From the human T2T-CHM13v2.0 reference genome, Homo sapiens: a DNA stretch of 64,000 nt. Both the position numbers and the translations under genes were made by a program. The stretch lies in the NCBI RefSeq assembly GCF_009914755.1, contig NC_060933.1; one strand, given 5' to 3'. Shown in pieces: positions 1 to 14,289 of this stretch (its first letter is position 1; each line of letters starts with the position of its first letter). A model generated the notes under the pieces. It was not told the DNA's origin and searched no databases. It was given only the letters and a program-made list of their open reading frames with translations.

Positions 1-584
1 GAATCTTAAGTTTTGTTGATTTCAGGAGATAAAATGTAAAATAAAACAAAAACTTCATTTGACAGAAATTCTGTACTAGATGAGGAGCCATTAATAAATT
101 TGAAATATCCTCAAATCAGTAAGCAAAACAACTCCCTGGGCAACCCCAGAAAATATTTTGAAGGCTCAGAAAGACCTAAAGGGCCTCTGAAATGAGCCTG
201 AAATTCCCATGACTGACTTGTGGTTAGCAGCTGGTATATGTTTACTTGGAGCCAAGCAGAACACACACCTGGGAATCCGCTCAGTGCCCTAGAGGTGGTG
301 ACTCCTAGGATTGACATGGACTGCTTCCAGAAAAGTGCTTGAGGCGCTGCCTATTATGTGTATGTTGTTGATGTGAAAATAGAGAATGTGAACCATGAGG
401 GAGGAGGAAGGAAGTGTAAATAATCAAACCAAGCAGAAGTTACCTAGTACTTCTTAGCATTGGAGGCCTTTTTACGCAATGAAGTCTTCTAAGGAACCCA
501 TATATAAAACAATTAGTGTGACCTGAGTCCATGGGTGAGAATAAGTAAATGAATAAAAATAAAACAATTGAGAGTGCTGCACAA

Positions 585-905
585 GCCAGGCGCAATGATC
601 CAGGCCTGTGATTTCAGCTCCTTGGGAGACTGAGGCAGGAGGATCACTTGATGCCAGGAATTTGAGGCTGCAATGAGCCATGATCATGTCACTGCACTCC
701 AGCCTGGGTGACAGAGGAAGACCCTGACTCTTAAAAAACAACAACAACAAAAAGTGCTGAGCACAGTGGCACGTACGTGTAGTCCCAGCTACTGGGAAGG
801 CTAAGGCGCGAGGATCCCTTGAGCCCAGGAGTTCTAGGCTGCAGTGAGCTATGATCACGCCACTGCACACCAGTATGGGCAACAGAGCGAGATCCCATCT
901 CTAAA
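585..905 (+). mobile_element. Two tandem Alu right-arm-type monomers (FRAM/FAM-like)
   Basis: Both units have GAGGCTGCAGTGAGC..GATC..CCACTGCAC-type right-arm sequence and A-rich tails. Confidence 0.75.
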
Positions 906-1556
906 CAAATTTAAAACAAACGAACAAATGAAAAATATTGCTGTCTTAAGGTTGGGAAGGGGCAGAGACCCCTTTGCTTGCTCATCACCAAGACACTTCT
1001 GTGAGGCCCCAGGGCTCTTTGGAGAACGTTTTGAAAATCACGGTTCTAAGTAATTATAGTTACTGTGACTGAACTAATTTAGCCCTAAGCTTCCTACAAT
1101 CAAGATAGAGATACACTATGGACTGCATTTCTCCGCTTCAGATTAAAAAAAAAAAGTTTAGTCAGAATGTAGTTATATTTTCAGGTAAAATGCTCAATAC
1201 ATTTTCAGATGAAGCTGCTCAAAATTAAAGCAGTGAGTCCAAGTGTTAATCTGAAAAAAAAAGTACAATTTACTATCTCCTGTTTCCAGACTTATAGACC
1301 CTCATAGTTGCATTGTCTAATACAGTGGCCACTAGACACATGTGGCATTTACAGTATTTATTGATGAAGTGCTCTATAAGTATTTATTGATGCAAGTAAA
1401 GAAATGCTCTATAGAGTATGTGTGTGGGTTTTTTTCCACATTAATAGTTGGGCTCATTAAATTTAGAAGTACTTTACCTAAAAAGATGTCTAAAAACCTA
1501 ATGAAAACATACTGGGCATGAAATTTGCAAATACAATATCCTGTTTAAAAATAAGT

Positions 1557-1934
<378 letters not shown>

Positions 1935-2030
1935 CTACTAAGTAAAAGAATATACAATATGGAAGATGTAAAGAAAAAAGTTCATCCCATGTTTCCCAAC
2001 TTTCTGAACACTCTAGAAATACATAATTAA

Positions 2031-2320
<290 letters not shown>

Positions 2321-2721
2321 ATAATTAACTTTTTAAAGGCTAATTTTTCTTTTCATCAAGATAAACCTGCATGTAGTTTGAAGAATCAAATTGTTCTACA
2401 AGTTGTATTAAGAAAAAGAAACATTAACCTGTCATTAACATCACATCACATTTCCCATTTCTTAAAAGCAACCGACTTCAACCCTTTCAGCTATTTAAGA
2501 TCTATCTCCCTAACTGTGAGATGCTTAGATTGCTGCTTGTTTCCAGGCTAGGCATCTATCTACTCATTCCCACTAACGCAAGATGAGCAGTTCTTCTCCA
2601 GATCCCTCCCTTCTGTTGCCACCCCTGCATACTTCCCATTTCCTCCTCCTCCAGTTAATATACATAACATTTTGTTACATAAAAATTCAGTGCTATAATT
2701 CTATGACCATGTAAATGATAG

Positions 2722-3363
<642 letters not shown>

Positions 3364-3541
3364 TAGAACATTGTTATTTGTCTGTACACAAGGATAAAGC
3401 TTGATGAGTTTTCAAAGTGAGCACACTAGGCAACCATTGCCCCAGTCTAGAAATAGGAGAGTAAAACAAGTTCCCAACACCCTTATGATCCTCCTGTCAA
3501 CCCCATCCTAAAGAATCAACCTGACCTTTATTGCTGTAGAT

Positions 3542-4074
3542 CAGTGGTCCCCAACCTTTTTGGCACCAAGGACCAGTTTCCTGGAAGACAATTTTTTCAT
3601 GGATGGGTCGTGGGGATGGTTTCCAGATGACATTCTTCCACTTCATTGGATTATTATAAGGAGTGAGCAACCTAGATCCCTCGCATGCATAGTTCACAAC
3701 AGGCTTCACTCTCCTGGGAATCTAATGCCCCCGCTGATGTGACAGGAGGCGGAGCTCAGGTGGTGTATTAATCCATTCTCACACTGCTATAAAGAACTGC
3801 CTGAGACTGGGAAATTTATAAAGGAAAGAGGTTTAATTGACTCAGTTCCACATGGCTGGTGGCTTCCCCCATGATTCCCCTGTTCTCTTCCTTGACACGT
3901 GAGGATTATGGGGATTATAATTCAAGATGAGATTTGGGTGGGGACACAAAGCCTAACCAGATCAGGTGGTAATGCTCACTCGCCAGCGGCTTACCTCCTG
4001 CTATATGGCCCAGTTCCTAATGTACTAATCCGTGGCCACGGTACCAATCCATGGTCTGGGGTTGGGGACCCCAG
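3542..4074. mobile_element. MER1B-like hAT-Charlie DNA transposon
   Basis: TIRs CAGTGGTCCCCAACC / GGTTGGGGACCCCAG; 8-bp TSD CTGTAGAT at 3534-3541 and 4075-4082. Confidence 0.85.
3764..3964 (-). mobile_element. Internally deleted THE1/MST MaLR solo LTR nested in MER1
   Basis: TGTATTA...CCAGATCA termini; 5-bp TSD GGTGG. Confidence 0.85.
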
Positions 4075-4529
4075 CTGTAGATGATTTTTGCCTGTTCTTG
4101 AAATTTATACACATACGTGTTTTTGTGAGGTGTCTGGTTTCTTTTACTGTTCTTTTTCTAGCTTTTTGAGATGAAAGCTTAGATCATGACTCATCTTCAA
4201 TCTTCTTTGTCTAATAGTATTTAAAACTATAAATCTTTTAAGTGTTAGCTGCATTCTACAAATGTTTGTCACATATTATCATTCATTACAAAATAGCTTT
4301 ACATTGTGACATTTTTGTATTTTTATGCCTAATTTCTTTCTCCATTGCATTGTGTTCAGAATGTTCTTTGTAGCAGTCCTTAGACATTTGCTGATACTTT
4401 TACATATCGCAGACAATAGCTGCAATTGAAATCATCACTTGATTAGCTGATAATAGTCATTCTCCAAGATTTAGCAAATTTCTGTGCAGGCTAAACAGAT
4501 ATAATAGCAGCCTCTATCCTCAAACTTTC

Positions 4530-4532
<3 letters not shown>

Positions 4533-4566
<34 letters not shown>

Positions 4567-4725
4567 AGACAGGGTCTCCCTTTGTTGTCCAAACTGGAGT
4601 GCAGTGGCTATTCATGGGCATGATTAGAGCATACTGCAGTCTTGAACTCAGGAGCTCAAGCTATTCTCCCACCTCAGTTTACCGAATAGCTGGAACCATA
4701 GGCCCACCACACCACACCCAGCTAA
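4533..4725 (-). mobile_element. Alu monomer (FAM/FRAM-like)
   Basis: Long poly(T) followed by a single monomer. Confidence 0.8.
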
Positions 4726-5195
4726 TCTTTCAGGATTTTTGATGATGACCTCTCCAATTTTCCTGGAGATGTAGCATTGTTGTGGTTTACTATCCTGGCT
4801 TCTACTTGGCACTTGTAATGGTCAGGGAAGCTAAGTGGAAATTCTGTCAATAGTCAAGTATGTCTATCTCAAATATACACGTGGGAACAAAAAATAAGCA
4901 CAGGGTAGGTCCAGGGACTTACTGAGCTGCCTGAGAAATGACAAGCTGGGGTTCAAATTCCATTTATGACCTGACCTAAAAGGAAGCCAATTGTCAAAGA
5001 AATGTAGAGTCACAGCGACATCAGAGTATCAATGGTGAATTTGGAGCTGACAGCACAGTCACAGACTTAAGTCTCATAGTTCACCAATTCTCTTGTTGTT
5101 TAATATGTATTTAACCCATCCATTGACTTTTTAATTTCAATTTTTCTTTATAACTATGTATTTCGGACAATTCTCAATTATCTGCCCAATTTTTA

Positions 5196-5372
5196 CTTTA
5201 CTTTAAATGTTAATAGAGACAGGATCTTACTATGTTGCCCAGGCTGGAGTGCAGTGGCTACTTACAAGTACCCATAACAGCACACTACAGCCTTGAATTT
5301 CTGGCCTCAAGTAATCCTCCTGCTTCAGCCTCCCAAATAGCTAGGATTATAGGCACATGCCACAGCACCCAG
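5196..5372 (-). mobile_element. Alu monomer (FAM-like)
   Basis: 14-bp TSD CTGCCCAATTTTTA at 5182-5195 and 5373-5386. Confidence 0.8.
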
Positions 5373-6113
5373 CTGCCCAATTTTTATACAACACCTTGCC
5401 ATTTTACCATTTTTGTTACTCTTTTACTTCATTACACATATTAAACAGTCATTTCAAATTCTATATCTGATAACCCTGGATCTGCCATCTCTGTAGAGCT
5501 TATTTTACAATTTGTTTCTGGCATCTTTTTTGGCAGAATAGGTTTGTTTCTTGGCTCCATCTCTGAAGACCAGACTTCCACTTCCATCTCCCAATCAGAA
5601 TCATGTTTCATGGTAAGCTCTAACTGCAGGCTGTAAGCCTCCATAGTTGAGGAAGATGAGAGTTCTGGGGATGACTGTTCAAAGAGTACCAGCATGCAAC
5701 AGAGAAAGGCAAACGAGTTCTAAGTTGCTGCTTATGGGGTTGGTGGCAAAAGACAAGAAGGTTACAGAACTCTGTTTTGGGGCAGGAGTTATGCAAGGGA
5801 ACCCAGACCTATCTATACTCTTCTGGCTCTTCTATCTCCAAAATGTAACAGGAACCCTTACTCTCAGGAAGTGGACTTTAGTAGTGATGCCCTGTGATTG
5901 CTCTCCAAATAAACCTCAGTCACTGTGTTGCAGGCATAAAACACAGGGGATCCTGAAGGCAAGGCCCTTTGTTGTAGAACTACAGCTGCCACCTATATCT
6001 TGCTCTTCAGGCAACTTCACACACTTAAGAGTAGCAATCAGCCAACAAATTCGAAATACATAAAGTAAGATTCAAGCTGACACAGGGAAAGAAAAAATAT
6101 CACTTAGTCAAAA

Positions 6114-6119
6114 TTTATT
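6114..6119 (-). terminator. RFK: RFK distal polyadenylation signal AATAAA
   Basis: tttatt on + strand; downstream on the minus strand TTTTTTCTTTCCCTGTGT (U/GU-rich). Confidence 0.7.
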
Positions 6120-7412
6120 TCAAGGCCTGAAAACATTCAGACTAATCAAAATGGTACTACTGTAACTTCTTATAATACATAATATAAAAGTTTTTGAAAG
6201 ATATAGACACAATTAACCCCTAAACAACACACTATCTGATTCTCAAAAGCAATGGCTATTTAACAAGATGTAAAAGGACAATAATATATCAAAGAACTTT
6301 CACACACCTAAAGATAGCATTTAGCAGCAAGTTAGTCAGACAAAACAAACACAAATATTTTCACATTTCCTATGTTTGTTTTTAACTTTACTTCATAAAG
6401 CCACTGATAATTGAGGTTTCTTTCAAGTATAAGATTTCTAAAATTAAAAACTGTTTTTGACATATTTTTATAAAGAAATAAAAAGCAAAACGCAATCCAA
6501 CTATTTATATGAGTCCCTCTTCTCCAACAGCTTTAGATGTTTTTCTGAGTACTTTTTACACAGAATATTTTTATTAAAATCAGTTCTAATTCATTTATGC
6601 AGATTAGGGGAAAATGATTCATAATAAATTAACTTTAAAATTACCTTCTATCTGCTTCTACCTCTATCCCCCCATCACCACCAAATCTGTTGCTACAGTG
6701 AACTGTAGCAATGTACTGTTTGAGGGGGCCCAAAGCATCTGTAATCTTAATTTCCCACATATTAGTTAGTAGGAGGAAAAATCCACAGTATGAAGGCTAT
6801 TTAACTAAAACTTTATGCTTTTCCCTCAAGCTGTAAGTACTCTTTAGCATTAAATTACATCGTGCATATACAACTACACCCATTTAGATTTGCCTTGGAA
6901 TATAATTTCAAGGCCTTAAATATTAAAAATAATTTTATAACTATTTCATAGTTTAATTGGCTCTTAAATAGTTTTGCTAGGGAGGAAACATTTTGTGTTC
7001 TTTAAGAAATTGATATGTGTAAATGTGTTCACTTAAATCTTGAGAAAACCTAAGGATGAAGTCTGTTGTTTTGTTTTTCCTAAAAAAGGAAAAAAGAACC
7101 AAAGAAAAATGTTGAAGAACAAGAATATTTACCATTAAAAAGAAGAAACATTATCCAACAAAAAGGAGACATATAGATTTGAAAACACTTATTTTACTGT
7201 CTTCAACAACAACAACAAACAGATAGGCAGGGGAAGTCCAGAGGACTCAGAATTGAAGCAGCTCTATACAATAATGAAGGTGGTACAATGATGTGACTGC
7301 AAAGAAAATGACTAAAACAAAACTTTACAAACATCTTCATGTTTGTAATGTATTAATGCACAAAATATCAAAAATAGAAAGTCTGAGTTTCTTCCCCGCA
7401 GGTTTATGATAA

Positions 7413-7574
<162 letters not shown>

Positions 7575-7970
7575 TAATGCATTTACTTTTATAAGCCTTC
7601 TCTGTTTAGAAGTACACACTACACAAGTACATACATGCTGGCATTTTACCATGAAAATTTTAGTTTTCATCTCAAACTAGTGACTTGCCTTTTTACCCAT
7701 ACTTATACACATGTAATACCTTTCTAGTGGTACATTTTAATCAATATATATTTTTTAAATCTTATTTTTAACTCAATCTTTTTAGTGCTATGATATGATG
7801 GGCTTAATTTAATAGTTGAAGCATGATATGATAACAACATTGTACGGTTTAAACTAATTCACAACTGTAGTAAAGTGTTTGATTTTCAGTATATAACCAA
7901 GATGATGCTGAACAGTAATAAACACAGAAACACTAGAAAACAGTGAATGAATAAATAATACAATTTTTCA

Positions 7971-8101
7971 TCAGTGGCCATTCATTATTTTGCTTTTAGA
8001 AACCTGGAAGAAATTGTCTTCTTTGATTTTCAAATGTTCTGGTAACTCTAGTCGTTTCTTAGCTTCTTCAATATCACCTTGAATTGCTGAAATAAGTGAC
8101 T
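7971..8101 (-). CDS. RFK: Riboflavin kinase coding part of exon 4 (ESLISAIQGDIEEAKKRLELPEHLKIKEDNFFQVSKSKIMNGH*)
   Basis: Acceptor CTCTCTGCAG| at 8102; TGA TGA stop; exon lengths sum to 82+152+103+131=468 nt = 155 aa + stop. Confidence 0.97.
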
Positions 8102-8289
8102 CTGCAGAGAGAATATACCAGGTAAAAATGATGAAAAACCATTAACATACTTTTTACTACTACTCTGTTTAGCCAATCCTAAAAACTCACAGGCTGGCAG
8201 TATCTCTGCACAGGGTAGATACCCAATAAATGTTTGTTCCATCACTCCTTCCAGGCCTAAGTCAATGGTACACAAAAGATATGTCCCTA

Positions 8290-8588
8290 GGCCGGGGGCA
8301 GTGGCTCATGCCTGTAATCCCAGCACTTTGGGAAGCTGAGGCGGGCAGATCACCTGAAGTCCGGAGTTCGAGACCAGCCTGGCCAGCATGGTGAAACCTG
8401 ACTCTACTAAAACTACAAAAATTAGCGGGGCGTGATGGTGGGTGCCTGTAATCCCAGCTACTCAGGAAGCTGAGGCAGGAGAATCGCTTGAACCTGGGAG
8501 GTGGAGGTTGCGGTGAGAGGGGGCGTCACTGCACTCCAGCCTGGGTAACAAAGAGCAAAACTCTGTCTCAAACAAACAAACAAACAAA
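8290..8588 (+). mobile_element. AluS in RFK intron 3
   Basis: Dimeric Alu with (CAAA)n tail; flanking repeat TATGTCCCTA. Confidence 0.9.
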
Positions 8589-8829
8589 GGTATGTCCCTA
8601 ATCTTATATTTTAAGAGAAAGGCATAGGCATAAATGTACACTGCAAATATCAAATGGAGGAAAAAAGCATTCACTATTATTTTTGGTTGGTATTTACACT
8701 TGTAAAAGAAACTTTATAACAGAGTTAAAACTATCACACTACACTAATACATACCTGGTAACATGTTTCAAATGTTCTCTGATTTACTATATCTCAAACT
8801 TCACACATTTTGAAAGATTTCATTAACTT

Positions 8830-9040
8830 CATACCGCTGGAGAGAAGCAGCCAGCCTGCTAGGTTCAAAGCTAGACTCCGTTATTTACTATGTGACTTTG
8901 AGAATGTTACTTAATCTCTCTGTGCCATTTCCTCATCTGAGAAATAGGCAAAATAATCCCTCACAGGTGAAAGAAGATAAATTCACGTAAAGCACTTAAA
9001 ACGGTGCCTGGCATATATTAAATGCTCAAATATTATCTGT
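8830..9040 (+). mobile_element. MIR
   Basis: TGTGACTTTGAG..TTACTTAATCTCTCTGTGCC..TTTCCTCATCTG core; ends AAAGCACTTAAAACGGTGCCTGGCA. Confidence 0.75.
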
Positions 9041-9125
9041 CCTGCCATCATTATTACTGGTAGTAGTGTTAGAGTTACCTGTGGTAGCAGTAGTAATATT
9101 TAAGAAGATCAAAATAAGAACTTAC

Positions 9126-9228
9126 CTAAAGAATCAAAGTTCTTTTCTGGTCTCAGGTAGCCAACAATGGCCACATTGAGGATTTCCCCATAGAAGTCCT
9201 CTTTGAAGGTATGCATGATATGTGTTTC
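9126..9228 (-). CDS. RFK: Riboflavin kinase coding exon 3 (ETHIMHTFKEDFYGEILNVAIVGYLRPEKNFDSL)
   Basis: Acceptor CTATAG| at 9229 and donor |GTAAG at 9125; 103 nt; carries the conserved E-x-H and DFYG/LRPE motifs. Confidence 0.97.
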
Positions 9229-9809
9229 CTATAGTCAAGAAATGTTACAAAGAGTGCTATCAGACTACAGTGTACTGAAATCTGAAATACATCTTCATGT
9301 TTATGGTGAGTTAATTTAAATGAAACAATCAACACTCCTTAAACTTTTAAAGATTCAGGTTAAAATCTAAGTGCAGTTTTTCCTAAATTTTCCCAGCACT
9401 CCTGTTTGGATCTTATAAACCTAACTGAGTGAGGTGGCAGTGTCTGGCATGATTTGCTGTTACTTAAAAACAAACAAACAAACAATAACAAAAAAACTGA
9501 CACGTATCCAAGGAAGTAAGTATCTTATCAAGGTGAGAAAACAGGACACCAAAGAGGGAATGAGCAAAGTATTAAAAGATGTTACTACTAAACAACTAGT
9601 TGTTAAGGTCAGTCAGCATTTGCACACGTCTGACACACAACATGTATGGAAACTTCAGAGTTTGGCAGAGCTGAGGACTGAAGGGGCAGGAGAGCCAATG
9701 CAGCTTCCTGATCAGGGAGTAAAGTGGCAAAAGGGTACACAGCACATTAAAGCAAAATGCCGCATGACGTAGAAAGTGCCTCAGAATCTAGTTCAGCTAA
9801 ATCATCTGG

Positions 9810-9960
9810 GCAGTACTGTGGTTAAGAGGTTAAGAGCACTGACTTAGAGTCAAAAGTCTGGGTTCCCACACTTGGTTAACTGTATAACTAGCTTCCGCGG
9901 GGCTCAGTTTTCTCGTCTGTAATGGGTGGGGGGCGGCTTGAGTTAGAAGATACATAAAGT
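9810..9960 (+). mobile_element. MIR fragment
   Basis: GTGGTTAAGAG..CTGGGTTCC..CTCAGTTTTCTCGTCTGTAA. Confidence 0.6.
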
Positions 9961-10048
9961 GCCCCATGACTTTGGGGCTATGAACCAATATATTCTTTCT
10001 TTTCAGTAAACATTTGAATAATAAAAAAGAAACTAAGATATGTAAGAC

Positions 10049-10370
<322 letters not shown>

Positions 10371-10399
10371 ATATGTAAGACCCTGACACTGACAATTAC

Positions 10400-11470
10400 A
10401 AGACATTATTGAGAGAAATGGCAAACTTCCCAAAGTAATCTACGAATTCAATGCTGCCCCAATCAAAATCCTAGCAGGTTTTTTAAAATAGGAGAAACTG
10501 ACAAGTGATTCTAAAATTTATATGGAAAAACCAAAATTATTCATGAAAATCTTGAGAACAAAACTAGAGGGCTTATACAACTAGGTATCAAGACCTATGA
10601 TAAGACAAGCAAACCAAGTATGTATGTGAATTTTTGGACTCACACACATATAAGGTCACTTGATTTATGTCCCAGGTGACACTACAGCACTGTTGTGAAA
10701 GCATGGTATTTTCAATGAATAGGCTGGGTCAATTCTACATCCATATGGAAAAAAATATTAATTTAAATCCCTATCAGATACCATACTAAAAAAGTCAATT
10801 TGAAGATATGTCAGTCAATTAAACTTTTAGAAAAAAACCACAGACAAGTATCTTCATGACTTTGGAGTAGTCAAAGATTTCTGAAACAGATTATATAAAG
10901 CACTAACTATAAAAAAAATATTGAACTGGATTGTATTAAAATTAAGAACCTCTGGGCTGGGTGCCATGCTCATGCCTGTAATCCTGGCACTTTGGGAGGC
11001 TGAGGCAGGAGGACTGCTTGAGCCCAAAAGTTTGAGACCAGTCTGGGTAACATGCTGAAATCTCATCTCTATAAAAAAATTTAAAAATAGCCAAGCATGG
11101 TGGCACATGCCTGTGGTCCTAGCTACTCGGGAGGCTGTGATGGGAGGATCACTTCAGCCCAGAAAGTTGAGGCTGCAGTGAGCTGAGATTGCACCACTGC
11201 ACTGCAGCCTGGGTGACAGAGCAAGACCCTATCTGAAAATACAAAACAAAACAAAACTCTGTTCTTCAACACACCATTGAGAAAAAAAAAAAAAAAAACC
11301 ACACACACACACACAAAATGAAAGAAATTTGTAATACAACAATACACAGTTCCAACAAAGGAAGTGGATCTAGATGTGTTACTAAGAACTTATTTAAGGT
11401 CAGTAAGATAACGCTTTTTTTTTTTTAAAGGACAAAGGTCTGGCACAGGCACTTCACAGATGTGTGTTAC
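10400..11470 (+). mobile_element. Old L1M ORF2 fragment interrupted by AluJ (10953-11255) and a short (CA)n
   Basis: L1-like GATTCTAAAATTTATATGGAA and TTAAAATTAAGAAC stretches; Alu dimer. Confidence 0.65.
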
Positions 11471-12219
11471 TGGCAAAGGCAAGCAAAAGTTCAATTTTCC
11501 ACTGGTAAGATATGCCTATGTTTCAAATTCAATTTTTCCTAACACTCAAAAGGCATTCCTTAACTGGCTGTATAATAACATTTTTGTTATCTAAGTAGCT
11601 AAAGACAAATTAGTTATGGGCTATTGTCCCCTCCCCTTCTTTTCCTTCCTCATTCAACAGAATGGTATTTTGTGATCTTTCGATTGTTTTCCTTGTCTCC
11701 AAAAAATAATTTTCAAATCATTAATACTGAAAAATAACTGAAATACTGAGCAAAATGTTAAGTACTTCTGCGTCATTACTATTGCTTACGCCAGCATTTA
11801 GCTCTGTAGTTTTCCAGCAGTGACACACTTCACTTCTATTAACTCCACACAGAACAAAATTTAGCTTCACTGTAATTTGTTTTTGCCACACATTTGAGCT
11901 GACAAAAGATTCAGCCAAATCTAACAGATAAAACACTGAAGTTGTGGGGTCCTGTAAAGAGTAGGGCAGAAAAGTATACCCTCAGGTGGTTTAAAAAGGA
12001 AAGAGAAAAGCACCAATGTGGGACTGTATCAATAAGCACCATCCTCCATCCACCATCCATGTAGTAAACTGTTTTATCTTAAGAGGGTGACCAAGCGCAA
12101 TTGATGCATGAAGTAAATGGTGAATGAAGTGCATTAATTGTGGCAAGCTCAATTTTATGAAACAGGCTTTTAAATCATTTTTATCTTTGGTCAAGTGAGT
12201 CTTTCACAGACAGCAATTA

Positions 12220-12865
12220 TCAAAGTCAGTATTATAATTTTGGTTTGTAACTCCACTCTTTATTTTCTACATAATTTAAAAAATAAATGCATAAAAAAAC
12301 CAATTATTAATCTTTGTTATTGGGTACCACAATGTATAAGGATGTAATCTGAGCCAGATGCAGGCAGTGGCATGTACCTATAGTCCCAGCTCTCTGGAGG
12401 CTGGAGGAGGATTACTTGAGCCCATGAGTTTGAAGCTACAGTGTGCTACAACCTGGCCTGTGAACAGCTACTGCACTTCAGTCTGGGCAACATAGTGAGA
12501 CCCCATCTTTAAAAAAAAAAAAAGATGCAATTTCTGAGTTCTGTATGCTATTGAAATTAAGTTGGTATAAACTCAAATTAAACTTTTAGAATTTCAGGAT
12601 GTTAAATATAAACCCCATGGTAACCACAAAGACAGTATCTATAGAAATACACAGAAAGCAATGAGAAAGGAATTAAAATGTCACTACAAAACAAAACAAA
12701 ACAAAAAGCACACTACCACAAAAGGCAGTAATAGAGGAAATGAGGGACATAAAAGTTATAAGGCATATAAAAAACAAATAGCAAAACAGTAGATGTCCCT
12801 CCTTATCAGAAATTACTTTAAATGTAAATGAATTAAACTCTCCAATTAAAAGACAGAGATTGCCC
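12220..12865 (+). mobile_element. Old L1M fragment (ORF2 start region) with an Alu monomer at ~12352-12523
   Basis: ATTACTTTAAATGTAAATGAATTAAACTCTCCAATTAAAAGACAGAGATTG (ITLNVNELNSPIKR endonuclease start). Confidence 0.7.
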
Positions 12866-12989
12866 AAAATTCCAGTATTTGAACTACGTTGTGATTACCA
12901 CTGATAAGCTATTTCTGTAACGAATACTGTAATATATTATTCTAAGTCATCATACCATTTTCGGTTACAGAGCAAAATATAATGCTTAC

Positions 12990-13141
12990 CATAGACTTCT
13001 TCGTATTCTTGTAATATGGGTTCCATCCTATGCTCACCACCATCTTATGGACATCTCCACTTCCAACACTGGCCCAACCATAGTAAATACCAGTGGATAT
13101 ATCAGCTGGAAGATTATCTACCACTTGCTCAGGAAAATTAG
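12990..13141 (-). CDS. RFK: Riboflavin kinase coding exon 2 (ANFPEQVVDNLPADISTGIYYGW...YKNTKKSM)
   Basis: Acceptor TGTTTAG| at 13142 and donor |GTAAGC at 12989; 152 nt; frame joins exon 1 (G|CT = Ala). Confidence 0.97.
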
Positions 13142-13197
13142 CTAAACAACAGAAGAAAATATTTTGAGTCTTACAAATTTCGTATTAAATGCCTGTA

Positions 13198-13490
13198 GCC
13201 GAGTGCAGTGGCTCATGTCTGTAATTCTAGGACTTTGAGAGGCCAAGGCAGGAGGCTCATGTTGAGCTCTGGGGTTTGAGACCGGCCCGGGTAACATAGT
13301 GAGATCTTACCTCTATTAAAAAATTAGCTGGGGATGGTGGCCTGCACCTATAGTCTAAGCTACCAGAGAGGCTGAGGCAGGAGGGTCAGTTGAGCCCAGC
13401 AGATGGAGGCTGCAGTAAGCTATGATCGCACTACCACTGCACTCCAGCCTGAGTGGCAGAGCCAGACTCTGTCTCAAAATAATAATAAGA
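13198..13490 (+). mobile_element. AluJ in RFK intron 1
   Basis: Diverged dimeric Alu. Confidence 0.85.
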
Positions 13491-13768
13491 AACAAACATT
13501 TGTAAAAATCACATGCAAGGCTAATGTAAATCATTACATTCACAAGACTCCTACAACTTTGCCTGTAAGTATCAATCCCATCCTTCCATTTTCCGGCTCA
13601 GATTTCCCTCTCCTATTCATGTGAATAGGTTATGAATAAAGTACCAGGTAAGTATATAAAGCTCTCCAAAAAAATCCATACTCTTTGAGTAGGATGCAAA
13701 AAACAAGTACCAGAGTAGATGGATTTTTTCAGATCTGTTCTTTCCTAACCAGGTACTGAATCACCTGA

Positions 13769-14077
<309 letters not shown>

Positions 14078-14289
14078 AAAGCTTCTTATTTTTCAAATAC
14101 ACAAGCTCAAGGCTGACTTAACAAGTCAAGACGCAGCTCTGGCATGTATTTCTAAGGATGAATTACAGTCAGGTCTCGATTATTGAAATTAATGTAGACA
14201 GACCAAGAAGGTTAGCTGACTCTCATTCAACTACCTATGTTATCATTTGGACATTACATAATTACAAATTAAAAACAAAACCACCTTAG

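Noticed and set aside
5647-6063. 138-aa plus-strand ORF
   Set aside because: Track start is a non-AUG codon, no recognisable domain, and no promoter or splice support
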